Origin: Eledone cirrhosa
Taxonomy: Eukaryota
Assembly (NCBI GenBank): GCA_964016885.1
Contig: OZ024743.1
Location: 264,306,001 to 264,370,000, forward strand
DNA: 64,000 bases
Direction: 5' to 3'
Part shown: positions 12,590-27,253 of the stretch, piece by piece
Layout: each line of letters opens with the position of its first letter
Position numbering within the stretch: the stretch's first letter is position 1
Translations under genes and position numbers: made by a program
Notes under the pieces: generated by a model
What the model was told of the DNA's origin: nothing
Seen by the model: the letters and a program-made list of their open reading frames with translations, nothing else
The model's database searches: none

Positions 12590-14560
12590 ATTTTTATTGC
12601 GTGTCGTCACTGCATCATCAGCAGAGCTCCATGCTCCATGCTCCTTGTATATGTCCAGTGTGGTTTTTGGTGGTTGTGTTTCTATTACATTCAGATTACA
12701 CTTCGTAACGTGTGCTGACCGAAGTAGTGCTATTTTTTAAGTTCTGCATATTTATTTATAAGGCCTAGTGTTTCTGTTATGCATCTGTCTGACTATCGGT
12801 GTGAATTTTGTTTTTTGTCATTGCCAAAACATCTGTTATTATCGGTATTGTTCCTGTTTTCATCATCCACATTCAGGTTATTTCTATCTGGAGGGTTTTA
12901 TATAATTTCTTCATTTTCTTTCTAGATATATTTCGTTTCTGTCAATTGATACATCAATTAGAAGACATTGTATTTCTTTGTGAACTTTGCCTATTATATC
13001 TGGTCAGTTAGAATTTTTCGCCCTGTTTGTGTATTGGCATATCATTGCTTTATTATTATCTAGCACATTTCTTGTGTATGTATCTACCATCTATCTTCTG
13101 TTGGTATTTCATTATGTTGGTCTAATGTTTCGGCTGAAACTGGGCAGCCAGAGGAGATAATGTCATTAATTGTTTCTTCCCCATCTCCACATATTCTGCA
13201 TTTACTCTGTTCTGTTTCAATATTTACTTCTTGTTCTGCAAAAAGAAATCCTCATGTGAAAGATTTTTAGGACAGTGATTCGTAGCTAGGTTTGTGTTTC
13301 TGTCTTGCCTAATTCCTCTGTATTCAGGTGTAACGAGTGTAGATAATGTGATGGGTTTTTTTGCCATTGTTTTAGCTTGGCAATTTCAATTGCAGGTTTT
13401 TTCAGAATTTCTGTTGTTTTTGTTCTTAATTTTCATTTTCTTCACCATTATATTTCAATCCTGCTTTGGTGTTGCCTTTCTTGCCTTCGTTGAACATTTA
13501 TTGTTTTGTTCTTGTTGGCTACTGCCATTAACTTTCATTTGTTCCTCGTTAGATATTTTTGAGTTCGTACAATGTTTATTTTATAATAGTTTTCTAGTTG
13601 CATAAGACCCCTACTTCGATGTGTTAATGATAAGTATAATCTTACTACGTCTAATTTTGGATGGTGTATTCTAAATACAGTTATTATTGATCTTGCGTTT
13701 CTGTTTACTCCTAGTGTCCGGTTAAAATTGTTAAAACTGAGTATATTACTGAGAACGCTAGAGTATTGAAGCCAATTACTTTAATATTTGCATATACTTC
13801 TCTTTTAAGTAGCAATCCAATCCATCTATACAGCAGACGGTTAATGTCTTTTTCTTATCGCACTTATACCCCAGTCCAGTTATGTTTAGTATCTCAGATA
13901 ATGGCATCAGTGCTAGACAGAAACGCAGTACTGATAGGGATCCCTCTTCAAATATCCGTTGAGATGGTCTTAGCTTGTATAGTTCAATTCTACGTGTGTA
14001 TCCTGATAACTGCTTTTATAGTTGACGCTAGATTATTCATTGCTAGTTTATTCAGTATCCATGTATGTGGAAGAATGTTCTGACATGATGATATTTTGTG
14101 TCTTTTTCTGTAGTTTTAATGATTAGCAATTGGTCTTTACAGTCATATGAGCCTTTGCAACATGCTTTCTATTTTGGAAGCAGAGTGTTGTCTCGGTTGT
14201 TTGTTATGTTTCCACTATACTATTTCAGTTATAGTTTTGTATGTAGTCGGAATACATGCCATAGGCCTGTGGAATTTGGAGTTTGCCATATCACTTAATG
14301 AGACAGTGAACAGATTTTTTCTGGCTCTGCCAGCAGCTCATTTATCTTTTCTGAAATTACATCATGCGTCCAACCTAATGTTTGGGATCTTGTCATATCT
14401 AGTTGCATGCTTTTTTAAGTGTGTTAGACACATCATCCGTTGTAATATCTTCCGCCAGTTAGTCTATTCGTTGTTCTTGATAGCTCTGTGCATAACCTTT
14501 GTGCGTTTCCTTTCGATGTTCTGTTTACCTCTATTTTTCTCAAAATATATTTGAACTCAG
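12590..14560 (-). mobile_element. Decayed R4/Dong-like non-LTR retrotransposon (RT, CCHC, restriction-like endonuclease)
   Basis: Minus-strand fragments RPMACIPTTYKT, KDQLLI, PHTWIL, EGFLFAEQE, CRICGDGEETINDIISSGC, PDII...CLLIDVS and KIALLRSAH; many stops and frameshifts. Confidence 0.75.
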
Positions 14561-14651
14561 AATATAAACGGTCATAACAAATACTGTAAGGTATTTTTTT
14601 CTAACGATCTAACGATGCAGACAATTAGTCACCATTTTGGCTATTCTAATG

Positions 14652-14828
14652 ATTGTTTCTACTTTTGTCACAAGGCCAGCAATAAACCAGTGCATTACTG
14701 GTACTTTATTTTATCAACCCCGTAAGGATGACAGGCAAAGTTAACCTCGACGGGATTTGAACTCAGACTGTAAAGGGAGGTAACTATGCTGGAAAGCATG
14801 GCGTCCGTCCCTCTACCGATACTGCCAA
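14652..14828 (-). mobile_element. tRNA-derived Nin-domain SINE
   Basis: A box TGGCAGTATCGG and B box GAGTTCAAATCC, then the gcctgtcatccttacgggg..ataaaataaagtacc core. Confidence 0.9.
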
Positions 14829-15944
14829 TTCAATGCTATAAACATCGTGGACGATGCCAGCGTTAGTCAGTAGTTGGTAAGAGCTGCCATTCCGATTTTC
14901 GTATGTATGTTGTGTATCTTGGTCTTACCAGACTTCTTCCCCCGTAAAGCTTTGTGCTGCAGAGCAGGGTTAAAATTTAACCATGCAAATTATTTAGTCA
15001 GTATAGTTCTCCAAATTAATATATTACTGAGCATTCGTTTTAATCATCCATTCTTGTGGAATGAACAGTTAAATTGAAAAATATGGATTCGAAATACAGA
15101 GCGCAAAATTACATACACCTAAGCAAAATTTACTGTAATGAGATTGTTTCGGAATCACGCATTCCTTGAGAGATTTGGGAAAGGACATGATATAGACATC
15201 GGATCGAAATATTCTTGCTGTCTGAAGTGCCGGAGTTCAACGTCTCGACATTCACCCTTCATCAATACAAAAAAAAAAAGCATTCATTATAAACGAATCA
15301 ATACTCCAATACGATGTAATCTAATAATTAACAACCATGGTATTCAACACAAGTTGTAACAATTGATTACATTGAAAACAAATTTCAGGATATTGAAATA
15401 CGTTTCTTAATATATTCAGCTAGGGACACAATATAATGTTATTGGTGAGGCATCGGCAATATAACAACAAATGAAATTGTCTCCCACAAGCATTTGAGTT
15501 TCAAACACCATTGGGGTTCTAAAACTATTTCTTTCTTACTACTAACGACATAATGGCATTTTAAGAAAAAGTACAAGTGTAACTACTTACTATCTTACTC
15601 TATCTTCATTCCTCTTGCGATTCGTGCTTAATGAAAAAATCATTTTATTTGATATATAATTGTCCCTTTATTCAATGTATTAAACAAACGTTCAGCTTTT
15701 AACAAAACCTATCAAATTCATTGGTGGCTTTCGTTTCTCTAAAATGATTTAGAATACAGAATAAAAGATTATATTGCTACACATACTGAAAGTTAAGGCA
15801 GTGCTTATAAATATAAACAATAGAGTTTAAGAAAACACTTAATCGATATTCTTTTGACTAAATACAAAGCGAATGTTTGTTACATGCTTATATTGAAATG
15901 CATAAAATTTAGTACTATTATATATTTAGTATGTGTCGTACTGA

Positions 15945-16086
15945 GAGTTCTAATCCCGCCGAGGTAGACTTTATCTTCCACCTTTCGTGGACGATAAAAT
16001 AATGTACCAGTTCAATACTTAGTTCGAGAAAATCGACTTTCCCCTTCTCGTTAAATTGAATGCCTTGTGTCTAAAGTAGAAATTAT
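15945..16086 (+). mobile_element. Older SINE copy
   Basis: gagttctaatcccgccgagg...gataaaataatgtaccag...aaagtagaaatt. Confidence 0.7.
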
Positions 16087-16416
16087 TATATTTGGGAAAA
16101 TGATAACAACAACGAAAACGTATAGATAGCACTCTGGGAAAGAATCAAATGGTAACAGCTGAAATGTTTTTGATCATAGGTCAGCTGAACAGGCTGGCCA
16201 AGTGCAAAAAAAAGAACAACAATACCATTTGTTGGTCAAATTTATAATTTTATTATTTGAAATAAGTAAATCAAATCGTAGAATCAACAACATTCTTGTC
16301 ACCTACAAGTAATATGAAAAATAAATAGAGAGAATTTTTCTAGTCATAGCCGATGAATAATCTGTAGCAACATCGAAGGGAATCAGTCATGATAAACTCG
16401 TATTATTCCATGTGAC

Positions 16417-16487
16417 GGGGTCGATAAAATAAAGTACCAGTAATGCACTGGGTGATTGCTGGCCTTGTGCCTAAAGTAGAAACAATT
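16417..16487 (+). mobile_element. SINE 3' fragment with TSD
   Basis: Flanked by a duplicated attattccatgtgac. Confidence 0.85.
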
Positions 16488-18226
16488 ATTCCATGTGACA
16501 TTTCAGAAGACAATATTCCACGAAATCTCCCCTGTCTACTTCATACCACTGAATGTTGGTCCATGTAGATAGTGGTATGAATTTATGGGATTTACAGTCA
16601 GACTACGATCGATTTCCAGCATTGGAACGCCAGGTTTTATGAGTCAACATGGTGGGGTGGATTCAGGATGTTGTCCTTTAAATTAGAAGCATGTGCAGCC
16701 AAATCTGATTCAAACGAATCATACTACAGTTAGTAACGAATTAGGAGTCATTTAACCATTGAGTAGAATGGATTGCAGTATTCATTAAAGTTAAAACATT
16801 TCAAACTACCTCCCGTTTCCAATTTCTAACCTGTATCTGTAATCATTTTCATATTTTTCATAATACCATCGGACATAGCAAGAACCTGATTTCAAATTAG
16901 CCTGCCTATTTCATATTACCCCACCGCTCACTGATTTAGCTAAAATGATAAACTATGATATTTACATCACATGATAGCTTTATGTTAAAAATACTTGAAA
17001 CATACAAACTATAAACTCGTTTGAAAGACTGAAAATATATAAAATATTTCAAAGACGCCCGAAATTTTTAAATCATCTACTAAGATTTAGCATTTGGACT
17101 TTTATATTTTGAAAATAAATTTGTGAAAGTCTTCAAAATGTTATTGTTTTTTTTAATTGAGATCAAGTGAAATTAAATTCAAGCTATTTGAAATCAATTT
17201 CATTCTATTTCTTGGTAATATGAAAATAGATACTTTCCTTCCTTCAAATTGACTGCATCGTATGAAGTCTGCAATACTCAATAGTTTACGAGTTGATGTC
17301 ACGAAAGCTACGGCCTATGCATTATTTATGTAACAACATGTAAACTCATAATTAGAAATATATTAAATAGATTTAATATTTCGAAACGAAATATTAAATG
17401 TAATATTTAGAACACTTTAGATACTGAACATTCTGAAAACAAGGCCAGAAAGTAAAATAAAGCAAATGATTAAATATATTTCAATGAAATTATAAATCAA
17501 TTAAAATTGATATTCGAATAATGCAGACTTAAATTAACGAGACGGTCATGGCTGGACTTGAGGGAAAGTTGCGACAGCTGATTTAGTAATATGATTAATA
17601 GCAACACCTGCGGAAACCACGTAATTGTGAAAATATGATGGTATTTAGGGGAATATTTAATACATATATTAAACATTTATTTGTTGAGGGGCAGGAAACA
17701 TGGTTATATCAGCCTCATTAATTAAAAGTACTTACTTCATTTTTTTTTAAGGCTGAATGCCAAAGTATCAAGTGGCCTGAAATTGTATTTCTCTAAATAT
17801 TGAATGCCTTATTGAAATTAAATTTTCTATTTAGTTTCTTTTCAAAGAAATATTGCTATTTTCATGAAATCGAACGGATCTGGTGCAATCTAAAAATATT
17901 ATTTCATGTAAATAGTGTAAACGTTTAAAATCCAATACTTCAAAAGGTAAGTTAATATGTATATGTTAGGTGTCAGCAAATATATGTGATTTCATACTAA
18001 GAAATATGTTTTATTAGCGTTTGAATTAGATATAATATTTCGAAAAGAAATATTAAATTTAATATTTAAAAGACATTGAAATACTAATCTTGTTTTGAAT
18101 GCTGTATAAAGAAAAGTATCTGAAAATTACGCAATAAGCAGAAACTAAACGAATAATTAAGAAGTTTCAATAAAATAATTTATTAATTTGGTAAAACAAA
18201 CAATGAAATGTTGTTATTTCTCTTAC

Positions 18227-18366
18227 AGAAACTGGTAAACATTCACCATATAAAATATAATGACGTTTAAAATCTCTATTTCTTTTGTAGAAAAGAAAAT
18301 TTATTTGGAATTTGAAATAGAATCCGGTTGAATTAACACTGTCGTCAGAGGGGAAACTTAAAGCGT
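18227..18366 (-). CDS. Candidate host exon (tentative)
   Basis: AG acceptor and GTAAGA donor; open and in phase with the 18666-18774 exon (G|AC = Asp; DALSFPSDDSVNSTGFYF...); weak polypyrimidine tract; no recognisable homology. Confidence 0.25.
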
Positions 18367-18665
18367 CTACATTACACATGAATGTAATTATAACGACTCA
18401 AACGATTTTATTTTTTTAAGTGTTTCATTCAGTAAAATTGCCTAAGTTTGAAATATATGTTATTATCAAATGCGTTCAACTTATAAATATTAGGAAAATA
18501 TGTATTATGTTGTAAGACAGTTTTTACCATTGTTTATTCAGAAAAATCCTGGTAGCCATAACGCTTTTCACGGGGGATTTTGACGTGGAGGGCGAAGTAA
18601 AGCTGCATCCCTTAGCTACGTGTGGACTCGAATGATTACCACTCAGTGGAGACCTCTAAACTCAC

Positions 18666-18774
18666 CCGAATGTGGGATTGTGCGGTTTAACCGATTAATT
18701 CTACCACGCAAGAGCGCCAAAGCAGTATTCGTACACAAAACGGAAAGAGCCAGAGGAAATACAGCAAGAGCCAT
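18666..18774 (-). CDS. Candidate first coding exon with signal-peptide-like N-terminus (tentative)
   Basis: attATGg context, MALAVFPLALSVLCTNTALALLRG..., strong GTGAGT donor. Confidence 0.3.
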
Positions 18775-18886
18775 AATCTGAAGCTTTAGTCTGTTGTAAC
18801 TGTTGTAAAAACTGCAGGGTACTTCTTCCGAAGGCTTCACGTTTCTACAAATAATTAACCGTCATGTATATGATTATTTTCCGATC

Positions 18887-18939
<53 letters not shown>

Positions 18940-18940
<1 letters not shown>

Positions 18941-19010
18941 CTGTTTCTACTTTAGGCACAAGGCCAGTAATTACCCAGTGCATTACTGGTACTTTATTTT
19001 ATCGACCCCC
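18940..19010 (-). mobile_element. SINE 3' fragment
   Basis: tgtttctactttaggcacaaggccag...atcgacccc. Confidence 0.8.
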
Positions 19011-19086
19011 TCTCTCTCTATCGTTATATATATATATATAACGATAGAGAGAGAGGGGACAGATATATAGACACACACGGCTATAT

Positions 19087-19144
<58 letters not shown>

Positions 19145-19190
19145 ATATAGCCGTGTGTATCTATATATCTGTCCCCCTCTCTCTCTATCG

Positions 19191-19195
<5 letters not shown>
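19006..19195. repeat. Nested palindromes centred on (TA)n
   Basis: ~19007-19058 and ~19035-19195 are each inverted about a TA tract; a further inverted copy lies at ~19636-19672. Confidence 0.85.
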
Positions 19196-19637
<442 letters not shown>

Positions 19638-19670
19638 GCGAGAGAGAGGGACAGATAGATAGATCCACAC

Positions 19671-19707
<37 letters not shown>

Positions 19708-20009
19708 GTGGTAGAACACTGGAAGGTAATATCCGTAGTGGTAGAGCACTCAGTCCATGGGACGAGTTAGGTAGAAGTGGTTACACAACAGTTAGTTCAC
19801 CATACAGAGAACAATTGTTTCACCTTAGCGGTTTCTCTGCTCGTAATGGACATGGTTATACGGAACAGGAAGGACAAACTTACGAACGCGCATGCGCAGA
19901 AACGATCACTTCACACAGGCAATATTATATTGTGTGCGAGAGGTGTAAGGGAGATAACTGAGAAAGTCGAAACGTTTCTAGTTGAAAAGAAAATTGGGAT
20001 GTTGTTGTA

Positions 20010-21960
20010 AATCAATCCGGAGCTTTGTAGTTATGTAAGTGGTGTTTCCAGACGTGTGGGCAACGTGTGAAGAATTCATTTCTCGTGTTTAGGCAATCAC
20101 TATTGCGTAATCTCTTCAGAATATTTATTCGTTCATCAATACATAGTTAACACGACGGATTGGCCCTTGCGTATGGCTTGGACTTAGTGATGGCTTTCCA
20201 TTGAATGGAGTAGTCTATACTTGACTCCTTGAGGGACCATACTTGGCTCGCGAGTTTTGTGGATGAACGTCTGGCCGGGTACCTAAAGATCGCCTGGTGG
20301 TTCCGGAAGCGATCCTTAAATCGGCCCTCCGCCATACCCACATATGGTTTGACCTCCTGTTGTTGATTTGGTCAGGTGGAAGTGACCATATCTTCATAAA
20401 CTACACCGGGTGTGTTACATTGCTGTTGAAGGGGACAAGCTTCGGGCTTACGACAAGAGCACACTGGTGGGGTGTTGCTCTTAGGGCTGTTGGTGATATC
20501 GGCCTTCATGTTCTTAGCGTAGGAGTATCTTAGTTTTATTTTGTGTTGGTTAAAGATGGAGCGGTATTTATGACCTATGGGAAAGTGTCTATCTAAGAGG
20601 GGTAGAAATGTTTTGCCTATATTGGTTTTAACGTTGTGTGAGAAGGGAGGAGAGAACCAGATAGTTTGTCTATTGTTACGCTTTCTTTTCTCATTGCTGT
20701 TGTTGTTAGTGGGAGAGTAAATGATAGGTTGCGAGAAGCCGCTGTTAGCTAACGCTGTGTTATAGTAGGGTGCCGCCTTGTCAAATATAGCCTTATTAGA
20801 GGAGAGGTTTGAGATTCTAGTACTGACATTATTTACACAGTTTCTAAAAATAGTGGGAGGGTGGCATGAGTCCTTGTGTATATAATTGAGTTTTTCGTTT
20901 AGCCTATGGAGGGGTCTGTGGGTGTGTGTGCGAAGGTCTAAATTAATGTCTAAGAAATCTACGCTAGGGAGGTTAGTAGCTACTGTTATCCTATGTCCTA
21001 ACACATTGAAGGTAGTAGCTAAGTCTTTTTTAAACCGGTCGAGGCCGTGACACCCTTTATGGCTCGATAAGGTCAGTCCATTGTCGCGGTATATTCCCGT
21101 GTGGAAGTCCGGGAAGTTAACACGTGATATGTCTAAAATGAATATGCCAACCAAGTTACATACGTCAGCACTGTCAAACGATCCCATAGAGACTTCGAAT
21201 AGGTCTGAATATGTTTGCCCAGACTACACCGTTGTTGAAGAGGGGGGTTTTCCATCAGTGAGCGATGATTCCCCTGTCTAAACCATCGACGGTAGTGTAA
21301 GTGGTAGCAAAGTCCAACCCTTTGTTTAACAGGGTCTCTGATATCGACGGGTAAAAATCAACAATTTCAATGTGTGGGAACTTCGCTTTTTTTAATTTGA
21401 AGGAGTTAAACCACTTAATTACGGAGTCGCTGTTCTTCCACTGGGGCAGGTTGGACCTGGTCCTAATGGTCTTAACTATGTTTCTAAGTATGGCCTTACT
21501 GACTAGTCCCATATCTGTGCGTGCCGGATTTATTAGTCTACATGTGGGGTTAGAGGTAAAGTCTACCTTGTGATCTTTCAGGGTGAGGAAAGCCTCCCAC
21601 TTAGCTAGAGATTGTAGCTTCTTATCTACCTTAAGGGCGGCGGCAAGTTCTTTAGCTTCTGTATTAATATCGTGGTAGGCCATAGGGTTAGCTTTCTTAT
21701 ATTTGGAAGTAATAGCGTTATTGGTCAGGTGGCGTAAAATGGTGTTGTCGACTTCTTAAATATTATTAGTTTTGTCGGAAAGAACGAAGGTGGTATTAGA
21801 AGACCTAAATTTCTTAATATCATTTCTAAGTTTAGTTTGAAAGCTGTTAGGGTGTTTGCGAAAGGAACTGTTAGCGACTAGCTCAAGAAAGTCCGCCTCC
21901 AAAGGAGCAAGTTCAGCTACTTTAGGAGGGTAGGCTCTCGATTTCAGGTTGAAGGTTTTA
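20010..21960 (-). pseudogene. PLE RT-GIY-YIG polyprotein, 5'-truncated and frameshifted
   Basis: ORFs 21255-21683, 20372-21187 and 20147-20341 (TLKDHK.DF..NPTCRLINP, IVDFYPSI, YRDNG). Confidence 0.9.
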
Positions 21961-22189
21961 TCGGTGCCTGTTTATTTTGCCGTAAAACGCTAGGGCTCGC
22001 CATCTTAAGCGTCTGACGCCACTTCCGCTTTTTGTAGGAGAAATTCTCTTCACTACGTAGAATATTGGCTTTTAGCAGATTCTTCACCACGTGCGAGTTT
22101 CGCTTCCTATCCTGTGAGCTCTCTCTATATTCTCGTGTCATACACAATTTTGTGTCTCATCAACGTCAGTATGGATTTATACGTACTGG

Positions 22190-24053
22190 ATTACTCCCTG
22201 AAGAACATTCCCATTCCCTCCAACCATGTTTACTAAAAGCTTCTTCGACAACACTAATAATATTTACGAAGTCGACAACACCACTTTCCGCCACCTGGCC
22301 CATAACGTTATTACTTCCAAATATAAGAAAGCTAACCCTATGGCCTACCTCGATATTAATACAGAAACCAAAGAACTTGCCGCCGCCCTTAAGGTAGATA
22401 AGAAGCTACAATCTCTAGCTAAGTGGGAGGCGTTCCTCACCCTGAAAGATCACAAGAGACACTTTACTTCCAAACCCCACATGTAGACTAATAAACCCGG
22501 CACGCACAGATATGGGACTAGTCAGTAAGGCCATACTTAGAAACATAGTTAAGACCATCAGGACAAAGTACAACCTGCCACAGTGGGAGAACAGCGACTC
22601 CGTAATTAAGTGGTTTAACCCTGAAAATCCAAAAAAGAGATGTTCACACAGTTTGACATTGTTGATTTTTAACCGTCGATCTCAAAGACCCTGTTAAACA
22701 AAGCGTTGGACTTTGCTACCACTTACACTACCATCGATGGTTTAGACAGGGAAACCATCGCTCACTGCCGGAACACCCTCCTCTTCAACAACGAAGTAGC
22801 CTGGGCAAAGAAGTCAACAACTTGAGACCTATTCGACGTCTCCACGGGATCGTTTGACAGTGCTGACGTATGCGACTTGGTTGGCCTATTTATTTTAGAC
22901 ATATTACGTGTTAGATTCCCGTGGTTCGACAGGGTAATATACCGCGACGATGGACTGACCTTATCGAGCCATAAAAGAGGTCACGACCGCGACCGGTTTA
23001 AAAAAGACTTAGCTTCTACCTTCAATGTGTTAGGACATAGGATAACAGTAGCTACTAACCTCTCTTGCGTAGATTTCTTCGACATTAATTTAGACCTTCG
23101 CACACACACACACAGACCCTTCCATAAGCTAAACGAAAAACTCAATTATATACACAAGGACTCATGCCACCCTCCCACTATTTTTAGAAACTGTGTAAAT
23201 AATATCAGTACTAGAATCTCAAACCTCTCCTCTAATAAGGCTATCTTTGACAAAGCGGCACCCTACTAAAACACTGCGCTAGCTAACAGCGGCTGCTCGC
23301 AACTTATCACTTACTCTCCCACTAACAACAACAACAACAACAACAACAACAATAAGTAAAGAAAGCGTAACAATAGACAAACTATCTGGTTCTCTCCTCC
23401 CTTCTCACTCAACGTTAAAACCAATGTAGGCAAAACATTTCTAGCCCTCTTAGATAGACACTTTCCCATAGGTCATAAAAACCGCTCCATCTTTAACCGA
23501 CACAAAGTAAAATTAGGATACTCCTGCGCTAAGAACATGAAGGCCCACATCACCAACAGTCCTAAGAGCAACACCCCACCAGGGTGCTCTTGCCGTAAGC
23601 CCGAAGCTTGTCCCCTTCAACAGAAATGCAACACACTCGCTGTAGTTTATGAAGCGGTGGTCACTTCCAACTGACCAAATCAACAACAGGATGTCAAATC
23701 ATATGGCGGAGGGCCGATTTAAGGAACGCTTCGTGAAACATCAGTCGATCTTTACGTACCCGGACAGACATTCATCCACGGAACTCGCGAGCCAAGTATG
23801 GTCCCGCAAGGACTCAAGTATAGACTACTCCATTCAATGGAAAGCCATCACTAAGTCCAAGCCATACGCAAGGGCCAATCCGTCGTATGGACTATGTATT
23901 GATGAACTAATAAATATTCTAAAGAGATTACGCAATAGTGATTGCCTAAACACGAGAAATGAATTCTTCACACGTTGTCCATACGTCTGGAAACACCTCT
24001 TACATAACTACAAAGCTCCGGATTTAATTACAACAACATCCCACTTTTCTTAA
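22190..24053 (+). pseudogene. PLE RT-GIY-YIG polyprotein, internally deleted and frameshifted
   Basis: N-terminal YSLKNIPIPS motif near 22192, then ORFs 22226, 22512, 22877 (YRDDG) and 23649. Confidence 0.9.
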
Positions 24054-24191
24054 CAACTAGAAACTTTTCGGACTTTCGCAGTTATCTCCCTTACACTTCT
24101 CGCACGCAATTTAGTTGCCTGTGTGAAGTTATCGTTTCTGCGCATGCGCGTTCGTCCTTCCGGTTGTCCTTCCTGTTCCATATAACCATGT

Positions 24192-24241
24192 CCATTACGA
24201 GCTGAGGATCCGCTAAGGTGAAACAATTGTTCTCTGTATGG
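24192..24241 (+). ncRNA. Type I hammerhead ribozyme (family C)
   Basis: ccattacgag CTGAGGA tcc gctaa ggt GAAA caattg TT ctctgtatgg; palindromic ACAATTGT; the inverted copy at ~19799-19850 has a mutated core (CAGAGAA). Confidence 0.8.
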
Positions 24242-24272
24242 TGAACTAACTGGTGTGTAACCACTTCTCCCT

Positions 24273-24401
<129 letters not shown>

Positions 24402-24419
24402 TGTGTAAAGGTATATACA

Positions 24420-26240
24420 TATATGTGACTATAGTGGAGTAATTCATTATTATCTTTGGTAAGCTAGGAGGAACTCTATGCACAGTACAATCCCCGGTTG
24501 ACAGGAGTTCAGGCACAGTTCATGGCGCCAGTGCCCACATCAGAAAATTTCAATCCCACGTTGATGGGCTGCATCGATGGAATGAAGAGCGACTTCTACT
24601 TGTCTCTCAGAATATATGGTCATGTATTACAACCGATCATCATCATATGTTGTCTTCTATCTTCTCTTCAATTTGATTTGATTCTAGAGCCAAGACTGGA
24701 GGGCAAAGCCCCTCGATATTTGATGAGAAAAATCTGTTTCGCCATATGCAGATGAGGTCATTCTATTAATGTCGGATCGCAAACACGTGGAGGTAGTCGG
24801 CACCGCTTTACAGGAGTACGATGCGATGACAAGACCAAAAGTGAGACAGGAAAAATAGATACGCTTGCAGCTAGGCACTCGGAGAAGATGGTTCATGATA
24901 TCCAACAGTGTCAGAAACGCTGGATAGACGGTCAAGTTAAATTGTTCGGTATATGGTTTAATCCCGATCTCCAAGTCAATAAAACTGGAATGAGGTGACG
25001 CGCAAGGTGGCGAATTGCACACAAAGGATCGGAGAGAAAGCTATCTCTGATTTGTTGGAGAGAGGTCGAGAACGCCTACATCATACCCGTCATATATTAT
25101 CCTCTCACCAAATTGTATTACCTCAGTTCATGTCTGACCGAATTGGAATATTTATGTTTTGTATTTTAGGGAAGGAATGCGTCCCACTGTGCAGTCTCTC
25201 CATTTGCTATTTGGTGGATAGAGTATGCTGTGATTGATGATGCGTAGAAATGCACGAAGGCTGCGTGACCCCAGCGTTTTCTGACAACAAAAATGAGTGG
25301 TCGCTTTTTGCCAGATGCGATATTCCCCAGCTTGTCTCCTTGACAATGTTGCACTCTTAGCTCACTCAAATTCCAAAACAGGGTTTGACCACTGGAATGT
25401 CGTCACTGCCTCAGAGTGTTCTACGAGTAGTAGAATGCGGTTGTTGAAATTCGACATTAGTGTTCTATAGAGGATTAGTGGCTGTTACGAATACTTTCAT
25501 TGGGCGTTGACGAAAATCAACAGGTTTGTCTAGACCGTAAAAAAATGGGTCAAGGTTCGATGGGTATTTCCAGAAATCCTGACACAGCAGAGCAACATTG
25601 GACAATTCCGGTTCGGGTCATACTTTCAGGTACTGTGCACCTTTAGCCAAGCCACTTCGAAAGGTGCGAATGGCGCAGAAATCGTACAGTGCTCCAATAA
25701 TGCTACCTGGAGAAGAAATGTCAAATAGCTATTATCATGTGTTAGACGGATTCAGTAGATCACACCACCATCTTCCTTTGGTCAGAAAGGGTAGGTAGTT
25801 TTTATCTCTCTGTTGGTCATGGTGAAAGTGGTTGTTTGGTGGATAAGATTGAAAAGGTGGAAGACAAACACGGTTCCCTTTGACCAAACCCTCATCAAGT
25901 CTTTTAAGTTTTACTGAATAAGGAAGTTGAGACAAAAGAAGGAAATGATATCTTCTAGCAAATTTGTTGATACAGTCGACCATATTTCGAGTGAACAGGC
26001 CTGGTTTGAGAAAGCGTCTGTAGCTTGGAGGAAGGCAACTGCGTGAAAACAATTACCCTAGTGGACAGGTCAATGGCATCCTTTTGTTTGGTTTTTCACC
26101 TGTAGTCCTTGGATGTTTCCCTAGTATTTTGGAGTTTTATATGTTTTCTTTTGATTTTGTATTTGTTATTTCTCTTTATTGTTTTTTACACGTTTTCATG
26201 TAATCTGATATTGTTTTATTTTATACCACACGATCCTTTG
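24420..26240 (+). mobile_element. Decayed L1/Tx1-like LINE fragment
   Basis: PYADE (YADD-like) near 24742 and VKLFGIWF near 24932; heavily disrupted; boundaries approximate. Confidence 0.5.
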
Positions 26241-26247
26241 GAAACTC

Positions 26248-26308
<61 letters not shown>

Positions 26309-26319
26309 TGTAGTAATAC

Positions 26320-26357
<38 letters not shown>

Positions 26358-26412
26358 ATACCAGCATCAGCATTAGTAGTAGCGGCAGCAGCAGCAGTAG
26401 TAGTAGTAGTAA
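26248..26412. repeat. (GTA)n microsatellite
   Basis: Direct reading; explains the poly-Val ORF. Confidence 0.95.
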
Positions 26413-27163
26413 TAATTTACATCCCTTTAGCTTCGGCGCTAAGAATGCTGTAACAATTTACTGTATTGACGTTGTCATTGGTCAGCTACAACCATCCCAT
26501 CTACTTTCAGATTCTCTTTTTTTTGTGGAACAGTAGGATCCTATGTTGTATTTGGCTAATATTTCTAGCAAATCTAAACAATTATGAGATCGATAAATTA
26601 GGGTTAACTGCCAGGTTCTGTTGCTGATTAATTCAATTACAATATCCTTTCTAATTTTAAGTCTTTGTGCCACATTAAAAAGAGAACAAAAACATATTAT
26701 TTCTGTTGTTAATTTTACAATAATAGTGATTCATTAAAATCGTTTAAATAAATGTTAAAGTGAATAGACACAAAACAAAGATGTTTTTGAGTTTTGATGA
26801 GAATCTTACTTAGTTGGCTTCTGAAGAAGGATTCAATTCCGATAATAACGTGTTTTAATTTATTTACTATTTTCTCATTCATTTTTTCTTTCAATTTAAA
26901 TTCTGCTTTACCTCATAAAAGTTAGATCACTGTCTCATTCGACATCTTTCGCATGAGACACCTCACCCTCCTTCTTACCATTACTCCCTCTCAGACTCAT
27001 GTACTCATTCTACACTTTATTATTCCTATCTATTATACTCTCTTCCGCATTCTACACGTCTGCACTTGTGCATACCTCCCTTTCTCCCCGTTTCCATTCA
27101 CTCATACTTCAATGTTATCCTTTTATCTCTCGCCCACACTTCACCATGTCCACATGCCTATCC

Positions 27164-27253
<90 letters not shown>

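Larger units (their letters stand above)
19707..24267. mobile_element. Head-to-head Penelope-like retroelement (Naiad-like, family C)
   Basis: Minus arm ~19707-21960 and plus arm ~21990-24267, both with RT (MGSFDSADVC, YRDDG) and GIY-YIG (CSC..CPL..C, NTRNE..CP..W); terminal HHRs; microsatellite flanks. Confidence 0.92.

Noticed and set aside
26815-26850. CTGAAGA agga ttcaa ttcc GATA
   Set aside because: GAAA is mutated and stems I and III are unconvincing; at most an old remnant.
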